A stretch of DNA of 20,345 nucleotides, taken from assembly GCA_043819135.1 (NCBI GenBank), contig JBDRFG010000027.1, forward strand, positions 1 through 20,345. The letters run 5' to 3'. How positions within the stretch are numbered: the first letter of the stretch is position 1; the number at the start of each line of letters is the position of its first letter. Below the pieces are notes generated by a model. It was not told the DNA's origin. It made no database searches and was given only the letters and a program-made list of their open reading frames with translations. The DNA is from Candidatus Eiseniibacteriota bacterium (GTDB lineage: Bacteria; Joyebacterota; Joyebacteria; Joyebacterales; Joyebacteraceae). This document shows, piece by piece, positions 1-8,026 of this stretch. The position numbers and the translations under genes were made by a program.

Positions 1-114
1 CAGCAGGAGGTCCGCAGGCGCACCACACCAATGAGGAGCTTCGCCAACGACAGAAGCTGCCAGAGGATAGTCTATGCAATAGTCGCAGGGGTCGAACCGG
101 ATGTGCCCAGGTGA
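1..114 (+). CDS. IS256-family transposase, C-terminal end (partial)
   Basis: Frame +1 reads QQEVRRRTTPMRSFANDRSCQRIVYAIVAGVEPDVPR*, matching the E(V/I)RRRT..M..F.N..SC.R..Y tail of IS256 transposases. Confidence 0.85.
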   Translation, partial: QQEVRRRTTPMRSFANDRSCQRIVYAIVAGVEPDVPR

Positions 115-140
115 ATCTACACACAACTATGGACACTACC
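1..140 (+). mobile_element. Right end of IS256-family insertion sequence (terminal inverted repeat approx. 117-140)
   Basis: The transposase stop is followed immediately by CTACACACAACTATGGACACTACC, resembling the IS256-type right end (..TACACA....T.GACACTACC). The left end is outside the window. Confidence 0.8.
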
Positions 141-172
141 CGGTGGGACCACCTCAGTAAGGACGTGGGGCA

Positions 173-350
173 GGCGAGTTCTACGGAAGCCCGACCGACC
201 GCGGCGCGTACCGCATGCCCAACGGCAACACGGTCGTCTGCGTGTCGACGAGCGGGTATCTCTTCGAGGTGACGGGGTCGGGCACTACTAGTGTGGGGGT
301 ACGACCACCCGGTCGGCAGCATCGCGCGCGCCGAGCGCCATGCCGCTGGT
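173..350 (+). pseudogene. Remnant of arylsulfotransferase (ASST-like beta-propeller) gene, frameshifted
   Basis: Frame +2 from 173 gives GEFYGSPTDRGAYRMPNGNTVVCVSTSGYLFEVTGSGT. After a +1 shift near 290 it continues VWGYDHPVGSIARAERH. This fits the ASST-type GA.RLPNGNT.I....G..FEV...G.VVW.Y motif. There is an in-frame stop at 158-160 and no start. Confidence 0.7.
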
Positions 351-502
351 GAGTTTCTGGCCGAGTGGAACGGATGCGACGATGCCGGACGAACCGTAGC
401 GTCGGGAGTCTGCTTGATCGTGATGGAGGCGGCGGGGCTTCGAGCAACGGGGAAGCTCGCGCTGCTCAGGTGAGAATCGTCGAGGGCTCTGGCTGTCTGG
501 CT

Positions 503-988
503 CTAGCCCCGGCCCGGCAGGGGCACCGCGAGACGCAGAGCGGTGCCGTCATCCGACCCGACGCCCACCCAGACATCTCCCCTCTGATTGATGAAGAGCG
601 TGACGTCTGCCACCTCGGAGGCGGCCGGCGCTGTGCTTGCCGCCCCGTCGCACTTGATTCGGAACGTGCGTCTCTTCATCCTATCGAACGTATAGCACTC
701 GCTACTGAAGTAACGCCCCTCGAGGTCAACATCGCTGAGCGTGAGTATCCCACCGAACGTCGCCTTCCTGCCGCTCGTGAACTGGGGGTCCTTGTAGGTG
801 CCGTGCTCGACGTAGTGCATCCGCATGGCGCGTCTGATAGAGCCCAATGCCGCCCTGGCCTCCGAGGACTTGGCCCTTTCGAAAGAGCTCGTGAGCATCG
901 GCATTCCCACCGTTGCCAGCAGACCAACGATCATGATCGTGATCATGAGCTCGATCAGCGTGAATCCCCTCTGGCCACTGAGCTTCAT
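503..988 (-). CDS. Type IV pilin / prepilin-type N-methylation domain protein
   Basis: MKLSGQRG|FTLIELMITIMIVGLLATVGMP is a class III signal peptide, followed by AKSSEA..AL..I and two C-terminal-half Cys. An AGGAG RBS precedes the ATG at 988, so the 1075 start in the ORF track is too long. Confidence 0.92.
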   Translation of the reverse strand: MKLSGQRGFTLIELMITIMIVGLLATVGMPMLTSSFERAKSSEARAALGSIRRAMRMHYVEHGTYKDPQFTSGRKATFGGILTLSDVDLEGRYFSSECYTFDRMKRRTFRIKCDGAASTAPAASEVADVTLFINQRGDVWVGVGSDDGTALRLAVPLPGRG

Positions 989-1070
989 TGGTCTCTCCTG
1001 CCCTGACCTACCCACGCGCAACAAGTGAATGCGCCTCGCTTCGGCGGCGGCATCGATAGCTTCATGAACT

Positions 1071-1087
1071 TGCATTCATCGTGCCAA
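1071..1087 (-). promoter_or_regulatory. sigma54 (-24/-12) promoter of pilin gene
   Basis: Minus strand TTGGCACGATGAATGCA has GG-N10-GC spacing and is a near-consensus TGGCACG-N4-TTGC, about 83 bp upstream of the pilin ATG. Confidence 0.8.
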
Positions 1088-1106
1088 CGCCGACACCCCC
1101 TGAAAC

Positions 1107-1148
1107 AGACAGGAGCCCCGGCCTTTGAATGGCCCGGGGCCCCTGTCT
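1107..1148 (-). terminator. Stem-loop, probable intrinsic terminator of the lipoprotein gene
   Basis: Imperfect inverted repeat AGACAGGAGCCCCGG ... CCCGGGGCCCCTGTCT about 100 bp downstream of the 1245 stop. Confidence 0.6.
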
Positions 1149-1244
1149 ATTAGTTAGTGTCGGCGGCCCTGCTGCTTTTGCGGAGGGATGAGGACCTGCG
1201 TGGGTCCACAGCAACGACCGCCAACACATGCCTCTTGTCTGTCT

Positions 1245-2147
1245 CTATTCCTCCAGTTCCTCACCAACCTCGTACGGCATGCCCCATATCAGGCTGTCAT
1301 CGGGGTACTCGGAATCGTAGATGGAATCGTGCGCCAGTGCCTGCACTCCGGCGCAATGCACACCCCTGTGGGTCACCGTCCACGTGCCGACGAACACACC
1401 GCTGTCGTACTGGAGCGGCGACCTGTTGCCCCTCGAGTGCAGGAAGAGGATAGCGTCCTCGGGAGGACCGGACACGGTCACCGTGACCTCTTCTCCCTCC
1501 TCGAAACACATGATCTCATCAGGCACGTCCATGAGCACGGACGGGTCCATGATGGTGATGTCGACCGTGGCGCTCTGCACCCGAACCCAGTCGATGTTCA
1601 TCGTCAGGGTCTCGACGGAATTGGCAACGAGACCGGAGACGGCCGTCAGTGTCCAGCGACCTCTGCGGTGGCGATGCGTCTCGCCGTCACCGTTTTCGTC
1701 GCCGTTCCCCGGCGACCAGTCGTCGTTCCGCTGGAACACCGCGTACCTCACACCCTCGTGGTGCATCGGCTTCACATACTCGACCATGTTCTCATCGATG
1801 ATGTTGAGGGTGCCCCAGATCTCCTTGTAGATCGTGACCTCGGCGGTGCCCTCCACCTGGTCGATGTAGACGTCGCGCACGACGTGACGCTCTGTAACCT
1901 CGCGCCAGAACGTCAGAGGGTCGATTTCTTCCCTTGAATCGGAGCCGTCGGTCGTCATGGACTCCGCGCCGTAGATCTCGGTCTCATCGAAGAAGCCGTG
2001 GTCCTCGACGAACTCCCGCAGCGCTTCCTCGTCGTCGAGCTCACTCACGTCCGCCATCGTGATCGCGTCCCCGCACCCGGCCAGCACGAACAGCCCAAGC
2101 GCCAGTAGCGCTCCGACGATGCCCGGAACCGACATTCTCTTGCGCAT
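1245..2147 (-). CDS. Acidic lipoprotein of unknown function
   Basis: 300 aa with a basic N-region, hydrophobic stretch and LAGC lipobox. Strong RBS (GGAGGTAAGGA). Beta-rich mature part; no family recognised. Confidence 0.85.
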   Translation of the reverse strand: MRKRMSVPGIVGALLALGLFVLAGCGDAITMADVSELDDEEALREFVEDHGFFDETEIYGAESMTTDGSDSREEIDPLTFWREVTERHVVRDVYIDQVEGTAEVTIYKEIWGTLNIIDENMVEYVKPMHHEGVRYAVFQRNDDWSPGNGDENGDGETHRHRRGRWTLTAVSGLVANSVETLTMNIDWVRVQSATVDITIMDPSVLMDVPDEIMCFEEGEEVTVTVSGPPEDAILFLHSRGNRSPLQYDSGVFVGTWTVTHRGVHCAGVQALAHDSIYDSEYPDDSLIWGMPYEVGEELEE

Positions 2148-2200
2148 TCCTTACCTCCCACCGTCTTTGAGTAGTACGCGTCTTCCCGTCGTCACAGATG

Positions 2201-2231
2201 ATTAGAGGACACGTGGCGTGAATATGTTCCC
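2201..2231 (-). promoter_or_regulatory. ECF sigma-type promoter (copy 1) for the lipoprotein gene
   Basis: Minus strand GGGAACATATTCACGCCACGTGTCCTCTAAT: -35 GGAAC, -10 TCTAA. Same layout as 4629-4659. Confidence 0.8.
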
Positions 2232-2253
2232 TGGTTCGGGCACAGTGCCCTCA

Positions 2254-2282
2254 TGGACAACTCGCCCGGCCTGGAGTAGACT
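2254..2282 (+). promoter_or_regulatory. sigma70-type promoter for the OM barrel gene
   Basis: TGGACA-N17-TAGACT, 46 bp upstream of the GTG at 2329. Confidence 0.55.
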
Positions 2283-2328
2283 CGCCGGGTGCCTGGCACT
2301 ACTTGAGGACCATCGAGGAGCCAATCTG

Positions 2329-4626
2329 GTGAGAGACCCTCGTCTGACCACCCTCAGCGGATATCGGGCCCCGGCCGGGCGTCGCCGAGCTCTCCCGGAG
2401 CGCGCCTGTGAAGCGACCGGACGGTCGGCACACGCCGCCGTGGCCGCGCTCCTGTGCGCCGCCCTGGCGACGGCGCCGGGCACCGAGGCCCACGCCCAGG
2501 CGCTGGGCATTCGACACTCTCCCCCGCCTCGAGTTGAGGCCTGGCAACCCGTTGCCCTCGAGGCCGTTCTCGCGGGCGATGTGTCCCCTGAGCGAGTGGC
2601 GACGGCTGACGTTGTCGTGGCGACAGCGGACGGCGGGCTGCGTTCGATCCCGCTGACGCTCTCCCGCAACTCGTTGTTCGGTGAGATACCCGGCGCGCTC
2701 GTCGCGCCGCCCGAGCTTTCGTACTACTTACGGGTCGTAGATGCGGACGGTATGGTCGTCAGCGCGCCTCCGGGCGCGCCGGAGAGCGGGCTATTCGTTC
2801 TCGCGGTCACCGATGGACGAGACACTGGACCGTCGGGGACGCCGGTCGGGTCGGAACCCGCAGGCGGATCGAGAGAGACGCTGGGGTCCGAGTGGGTCTC
2901 TGCATCGGCTGAGATCCTGAGCCCGCTGGCCGGCGAAGTAGTCACCGAGCGCACCCCTCAGATCGCCGCGGTCTTCGACCCGCCCCTCGACAAGCCGTGG
3001 GACGCGCTCGTCGTGCTCGACGGCGTCGACGTCACACAAGCGTCGAGCATCACATCCGCGCTCTTCGTTCTCTCGTCACCCGAACCACTCGCGAAGGGAG
3101 CACACAGGGTCACCTTCTCGGCCGTGACCGCGACCGGCTCAGTGGAAGCTTCGTGGGTCTTCTTCGTGCTGGAGAGAACCTGCGACGGCATCTCCGAGGA
3201 CCGACAACGACCGCGCGTGTCCGTCGGCGACGGCGAGCCGTCGGTCGACAGCTGGGTGGTGCCGGGAACGGGCTGGGGCGCACCCGACGAGGCGTGGCAG
3301 GTGTCCGGAAGACTGGAGGCGGGCTGGGCCGTGGTCGCCGCGGAAACGACCGCGGTCGATTCGATCGACGTCTTTCTGCCATACTCGGAGATCAGCCAGC
3401 CTTCGGTCGACTTCTACCTGTCGGGCGTCAGAGGCGCCGGTGCCTTCCTGATCACGGCGCGACAGGACCCCGTGTACAGTGATGATCTCGAGTGGCTTGT
3501 CAGCGGCAAGACCGGGCAACTCGAGGCCGACGTGGGGCAGATATTCCCGTCCCTGTCGCGGTCGACCCTCGATTGGGCCGTCGGTCAAGGCGCCAGGGTG
3601 TCCGCGAGGGTCGGCAGGAGCACAACCGAACTCCTGGGAATGCGCGTGACGGAATCGGACACGCTGGCGGGATTCGGCATCTACTCGCGCTTCGCCGCCG
3701 GAGGCAAGCAGACTTTCGATTGGAACGAACGGCTGAGCGCGTCCGTCGTCTACCTGTCCGTCTTTGACCGGGAGGGATCCGTACCAGACGAGCAGAGACT
3801 GTCCGAGCCGCTGAGAAACAGCGTGGTCGCGGGACTCGTGCGCGCCGAACGGGGCGCACTCACGGGCGAGGCCGAATTGGCGCGCTCAGAAGCCTCCGGT
3901 GAGACCGAAGGCCGCGGGACGGCGTTCCGGGCGAAACTCCAACTCGAACGCGACTGGCACAACCGGGTCTCCATCGAGTATGTGTCGAGTGAACCTGGGT
4001 TCTACTCGGCGGGCAGCTACGAGTACGCCCCCGGGGAACACGCTCTCGAACTGGACTACTCGTACCGTCCGAACGCGCGATTCAGCTCGTCCGGCTGGGT
4101 GCGCACCGGACGCTCGTTCGATTCAGGGTCCTCCATGGCGCGGGACGAATTCGAGCTCAAGACCTATTCGCGCGCTGAGTTCAGTTGGCCGCTGGGTGCC
4201 GGCGACGCCAGAACCTACGCGGTCGTCAGGTACGACCGGATCCCCTATGAGACCTACGATTACGAGTATGCCTACGGCGCAATAGGTGGATCGTGGAGAC
4301 AGAAGGGCACGAGGCTCTCCGGGAGCGTCTCCTGGTCGAACGCGCATTCGCCGGACGAGACGAACACGTGGTCCGCGTACGGCGACCTGAAGCGCGAGCT
4401 GATCGAGGACCGGTGGACGGCGAGGGCGGCCGCGAGGTGGTCGACAGGAGCGAGCGGCGACAGGACGAACTACACCCGCGTCCACTACACTCTCGAGAGC
4501 AGATGGGACTTCGGGCGGGCGGACCTAACGGTCGAGTACTGGCTGATCGACCGCGAGGACCGCGCCGACCCGCTCCAATCTTACATAGAACACGTAGTCA
4601 GGGTCGGTATCGGGCGGGACCTATAG
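2329..4626 (+). CDS. Outer-membrane beta-barrel protein with two N-terminal Ig-like domains
   Basis: Signal peptide (..AALLCAALATAPGTEAHA). Ig-like segments IRHSPP...YYLRVVDADG and ILSP...DGVDVT...GAHRVTF...SWVFFV. About 450 aa of amphipathic aromatic-rich strands end in VVRVGIGRDL. Start placed at GTG 2329 (GAGGAG RBS at 2315-2320); the ORF track gives 2218. Confidence 0.75.
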   Translation: MRDPRLTTLSGYRAPAGRRRALPERACEATGRSAHAAVAALLCAALATAPGTEAHAQALGIRHSPPPRVEAWQPVALEAVLAGDVSPERVATADVVVATADGGLRSIPLTLSRNSLFGEIPGALVAPPELSYYLRVVDADGMVVSAPPGAPESGLFVLAVTDGRDTGPSGTPVGSEPAGGSRETLGSEWVSASAEILSPLAGEVVTERTPQIAAVFDPPLDKPWDALVVLDGVDVTQASSITSALFVLSSPEPLAKGAHRVTFSAVTATGSVEASWVFFVLERTCDGISEDRQRPRVSVGDGEPSVDSWVVPGTGWGAPDEAWQVSGRLEAGWAVVAAETTAVDSIDVFLPYSEISQPSVDFYLSGVRGAGAFLITARQDPVYSDDLEWLVSGKTGQLEADVGQIFPSLSRSTLDWAVGQGARVSARVGRSTTELLGMRVTESDTLAGFGIYSRFAAGGKQTFDWNERLSASVVYLSVFDREGSVPDEQRLSEPLRNSVVAGLVRAERGALTGEAELARSEASGETEGRGTAFRAKLQLERDWHNRVSIEYVSSEPGFYSAGSYEYAPGEHALELDYSYRPNARFSSSGWVRTGRSFDSGSSMARDEFELKTYSRAEFSWPLGAGDARTYAVVRYDRIPYETYDYEYAYGAIGGSWRQKGTRLSGSVSWSNAHSPDETNTWSAYGDLKRELIEDRWTARAAARWSTGASGDRTNYTRVHYTLESRWDFGRADLTVEYWLIDREDRADPLQSYIEHVVRVGIGRDL

Positions 4627-4628
4627 AC

Positions 4629-4659
4629 GGGAACACGGGCGGCATGCGAGGCCTCTAAT
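4629..4659 (+). promoter_or_regulatory. ECF sigma-type promoter (copy 2), likely autoregulatory
   Basis: GGGAACACGGGCGGCATGCGAGGCCTCTAAT in the 60-bp gap before the ECF gene. Confidence 0.8.
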
Positions 4660-4686
4660 ATGTGAGCGGGTTAGACGGAGGGGGCG

Positions 4687-5196
4687 ATGGCGAGGCCGGA
4701 GTTCGAAGATCTGGTTGCGCGTTACGACAAGAGGTTATTCAACGTCATGTACGGCCTGACCGGAGACTATCACGACGCACTCGACCTGACCGAGGAAGCA
4801 TTCGTCAGGGCCATGAAGGCCTACCCTCGCTTCCGCGGCGATTCGGACCCATTCACGTGGTTCTACCGCATAGCCCTGAACGTCCTCAAGAAGCGATACA
4901 AGAAGAATGCGAGGCGTGCGGAGCTCTGGCAGGAGCACCAGGAGAGAGAGCCCGCGCCCGTCTCCGAGACTCGCACGGCCGAACACTCGATAATCGAGGA
5001 GGAACGCGCCCACCTGGTTCGTCAGGCGATAGCCCAGCTTCCGGCCGCGTTTCGCGAGGTGATAACGCTTCGCTACATCGACGAGATGAACTACGAGGAG
5101 ATCGCTGAATCGGCCGGATGTTCCATGGGCACGGTCAAGTCACGGATATCGCGCGGGAAGGCACTCCTCGCCGACCTGCTTGGCGGCAAGATCTGA
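4687..5196 (+). CDS. ECF RNA polymerase sigma factor (sigma24/RpoE-like)
   Basis: Region 2 (DALDLTEEAFVRAMK..RFRGDSDPFTWFYRIALN) and region 4 (LPAAFREVITLRYIDEMNYEEIAESAGCSMGTVKSRISRGK); 169 aa. Confidence 0.96.
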   Translation: MARPEFEDLVARYDKRLFNVMYGLTGDYHDALDLTEEAFVRAMKAYPRFRGDSDPFTWFYRIALNVLKKRYKKNARRAELWQEHQEREPAPVSETRTAEHSIIEEERAHLVRQAIAQLPAAFREVITLRYIDEMNYEEIAESAGCSMGTVKSRISRGKALLADLLGGKI

Positions 5197-5235
5197 CCAG
5201 GCGCTCACGACGGCGCCACTGCAAGGACGCGCGAC

Positions 5236-5856
5236 ATGACTGCTGACGACAAGAAGAATCGGAAGGCGACGGCCGATCGGACGGAGGCCAGGCCCTCGGA
5301 CGAGAGGGTCGACGAACTTCTGAGGGAACTCCGACCCGTCGAGCTGCCGCCATTCTACACCGAGAGACTCCAGGCCAGGGTGCGAGCGGCGTCTGCCGGA
5401 ACTTCATGGGCCGAGCGCCTGCGTTCACCCCGGCTTGCGTGGGCCGTGGCGGGTGCGTGTGTCGTCGCGCTCGTTCTCATCGTCGCGAACATAGATAGGG
5501 GCATACCGAGCACCGTCCCGGTCGCGCCCGGAGTGAACATCGTGCAAACGAGCATCGACCCCGTGACGCCCGTAGACAACTCCGTCGTGGGTGCAGGCGA
5601 TGTCGAAATAGTCGCGGCGATATACCCACCGATCGAACATGGCATCGTGAGGCTCTACGTCGATGAGACGGACGTGACGGGCCTCGCAGAAGTGACCGGA
5701 AGCTACGTTATGTACTCTCCGACAGAGGAGTTCGAGGAAGGGGAGCACATCATCACCATCGAAATACATGACGGCTCGGGCATGAAGCTCAGGGACGTAT
5801 CGTGGCTTTTCTACACACTGAACGGAGAGCGTAGATCCCTGGACGAGCGGGTCTAG
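5236..5856 (+). CDS. Putative anti-sigma factor (single TM, periplasmic Ig-like domain)
   Basis: Directly follows the ECF gene. Cytoplasmic helix LLRELRPVELPPFYTERLQARV, TM LAWAVAGACVVALVLIVA, C-terminal beta-sandwich. Confidence 0.8.
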   Translation: MTADDKKNRKATADRTEARPSDERVDELLRELRPVELPPFYTERLQARVRAASAGTSWAERLRSPRLAWAVAGACVVALVLIVANIDRGIPSTVPVAPGVNIVQTSIDPVTPVDNSVVGAGDVEIVAAIYPPIEHGIVRLYVDETDVTGLAEVTGSYVMYSPTEEFEEGEHIITIEIHDGSGMKLRDVSWLFYTLNGERRSLDERV

Positions 5857-5887
5857 CTGAACCACGCATATCGTGGAGGTGAGGGAC

Positions 5888-8002
5888 ATGTTGACATTTC
5901 GACAGACACGGAAGCCACGACGGGCAGCGGGAGCACGGGCAGGAATCGGCGGTGCGCTGGTGCTGCTGGCCGTGATCTCACTCGCCTCCACCGCGCTCGC
6001 GGCCGACGAGCTCAACGTGCGCGTGTCGCCGACGAAGGCTCACGCGCTCCCTGGTGGTGAGGTTGCGTTCGCGGCGACGGCGTACGACAAGAGCGGTGAC
6101 CCAGTCGCCGCCGACATCACCTGGTCGGTGATACCCCCGAGGGTGGGTGCGATAGGGAGTAACGGACGGTTCGTGGCCGGCAACGAGCCTGGCCGTGCGA
6201 TCGTCCGCGCGCTGGCGATGTACGGGGAAGCGACGGGTGCGGGACATTCAGTGGTCGAAGTCAATACGCAACCTCCGACGAGACTCGTGGTGACGGTCAG
6301 TCCGCCGAGCGCAGTCGTGGAGGCCGGTGGCCAGGAGCAGTTCGGCGCGACGGCCACGGACCCGGTGACGGGCGACCCTGTGGAGGCAGAGCTACGTTGG
6401 GTGGTGATACCGGAGCGGATCGGTTCGATCGACGGCACGGGCCTATTCACAGCCGGGAGCGACGAGGGCGCCGGGCGCGTTGCCGTGCGGGCGATCGCGG
6501 GCGAGCGCGAGGGCGTCGGCAATGCGGCCGTGGTCGTGGGCACCCCTCCTGGACCTGGCGTTGTCGTAAGTGTCGCGCCCGCGATCGCGCTTGTGAGCCC
6601 CGGAGAGGAATTCCAGTTCAACGCTGTCGTGACGAACGAGTCCGGGAATCCACTCGACGCTGATGTCGAGTGGTCGGTGATGCCCAGACGGCAGGGTGTG
6701 ATAGGTCCCGACGGTCTCTTCACAGCCGGCCCGGACGAAGGCGTCGGAAGGATCGTAGCGACGGTGGCAACGAGCGGAGGCCCCGCGCGAGGATTCGCGC
6801 GCGTCGAGATACGCCGGCCTGGGCCGGCGGGGGTCAGGATCCGCATAAGGCCTCGCGAGGCCGCCGTAACGCTGGGGGGCGACGTGCAGTTCGAAGCCAT
6901 CGCCGCAGGACCCGACGGCGAGCCGCTTGACGTCCCCATGGAATGGTCGGTCCGACCAGTGTGGCTTGGCTCCATCAGCGCAGACGGGTTGTTCTCGGCA
7001 GCCGACGAGATGCCGGAACCCCCGGCCGATGGCGGCTGGATAGGAGCCGTGACCGCATCGGTCGAGACCAACGAGGGAGTGGCGAGCGATGCCGCGCGCG
7101 TGGTGGTGAGGGACTCCGCTCCCACACACAGGCTCCGGATCAGCCCGAAGAGGCCGGTTCTGGCCCCAGGCCAGGAGATCCAGTTCGAAGCGGGAGTGAT
7201 GGGTGCCGAGGGACCAATTGACTGGACCACCGAGTGGGCCGTCTTCCCGAGGGAACTCGGCATCATCACTCCCGACGGCCTCTTCATGGCGAACCCGGCC
7301 TTCGGCGACCCGGCGTCGCATGAGTTCGGACCGTACGAGGGTGTGGTCGGCGCATCGGCGACCCTCCCGGACGGGTCCACGCTCTCAGACCGCGCGCACG
7401 TGCGCATCAGGGTTCCGGGACATCCGGTGAGCGTCCGAGTGCGTCCGGCCCTGGCCATCGTGATACCCGGACAGACGACGCACTTCGAGGTCGAGGTTCT
7501 CGGTCCGAGCGGTGAGGTGCTCGACCTGCCGGTCTTCTGGGACGTCAGGCCGGAACACCTCGGGCACATTTCTCCCGACGGCGACTTCACGGCAGCCGAG
7601 CTTCACATTGAACCGGAGTCGTGGCAGAGGCCCAGGGGCTACGTCGTTGCAGAGGTTCGTATCGGCGGCGGTCAGGTCTTCCGCGGCACGGCAGCGGTGG
7701 TGTTCGACCTCGCCGACCCTGAGGTGTCCGTGCACATCTCACCACGGTCGGTGACGGTTTCGGAAGGTGAATCGTTTCAGTTCCAGGTGGAGGCGAGCAC
7801 CGGTGACGGCGCCGTGGTCGACATGAACTTCGAGTGGCGGGTGGCCGACCCGACGCTCGGCACGGTGGACGCCGGCGGGCTCTTCACGGCCGCCACGAAC
7901 GTGCCTGACGGCCACTCGCTGAGAACGACCGTGATCGCGGGTGGCATCTACGGCGGCAGGCTATACGCGGACTTCGCGACGGTTAGGGTGACACGAGGGT
8001 AG
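5888..8002 (+). CDS. Secreted protein of seven tandem bacterial Ig-like (Big_2-like) repeats
   Basis: Signal peptide ..LASTALA. Seven approx. 90-110 aa repeats V.V.P.....PG...QF.A.....G......W.V.P...G.I...GLF.A. ATG 5888 follows GGAGGTGAGG. Confidence 0.88.
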   Translation: MLTFRQTRKPRRAAGARAGIGGALVLLAVISLASTALAADELNVRVSPTKAHALPGGEVAFAATAYDKSGDPVAADITWSVIPPRVGAIGSNGRFVAGNEPGRAIVRALAMYGEATGAGHSVVEVNTQPPTRLVVTVSPPSAVVEAGGQEQFGATATDPVTGDPVEAELRWVVIPERIGSIDGTGLFTAGSDEGAGRVAVRAIAGEREGVGNAAVVVGTPPGPGVVVSVAPAIALVSPGEEFQFNAVVTNESGNPLDADVEWSVMPRRQGVIGPDGLFTAGPDEGVGRIVATVATSGGPARGFARVEIRRPGPAGVRIRIRPREAAVTLGGDVQFEAIAAGPDGEPLDVPMEWSVRPVWLGSISADGLFSAADEMPEPPADGGWIGAVTASVETNEGVASDAARVVVRDSAPTHRLRISPKRPVLAPGQEIQFEAGVMGAEGPIDWTTEWAVFPRELGIITPDGLFMANPAFGDPASHEFGPYEGVVGASATLPDGSTLSDRAHVRIRVPGHPVSVRVRPALAIVIPGQTTHFEVEVLGPSGEVLDLPVFWDVRPEHLGHISPDGDFTAAELHIEPESWQRPRGYVVAEVRIGGGQVFRGTAAVVFDLADPEVSVHISPRSVTVSEGESFQFQVEASTGDGAVVDMNFEWRVADPTLGTVDAGGLFTAATNVPDGHSLRTTVIAGGIYGGRLYADFATVRVTRG

Positions 8003-8026
8003 CCAATCACCTTTCAAGAACGTCCG

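Noticed and set aside
2293..2310. TGGCAC as a third sigma54 promoter
   Set aside because: No GC at the -12 position (GG-N10-GG).
2218..2328. ORF-track start of the OM barrel at 2218
   Set aside because: Overlaps two promoter motifs and lacks an RBS; GTG 2329 has GAGGAG at proper spacing.
6040..7590. 516-aa antisense ORF and other long shadow ORFs (365-1006, 1188-1937, 11816-12757, 15553-16389)
   Set aside because: They lie opposite well-supported genes, have no motifs, and are expected in high-GC DNA.
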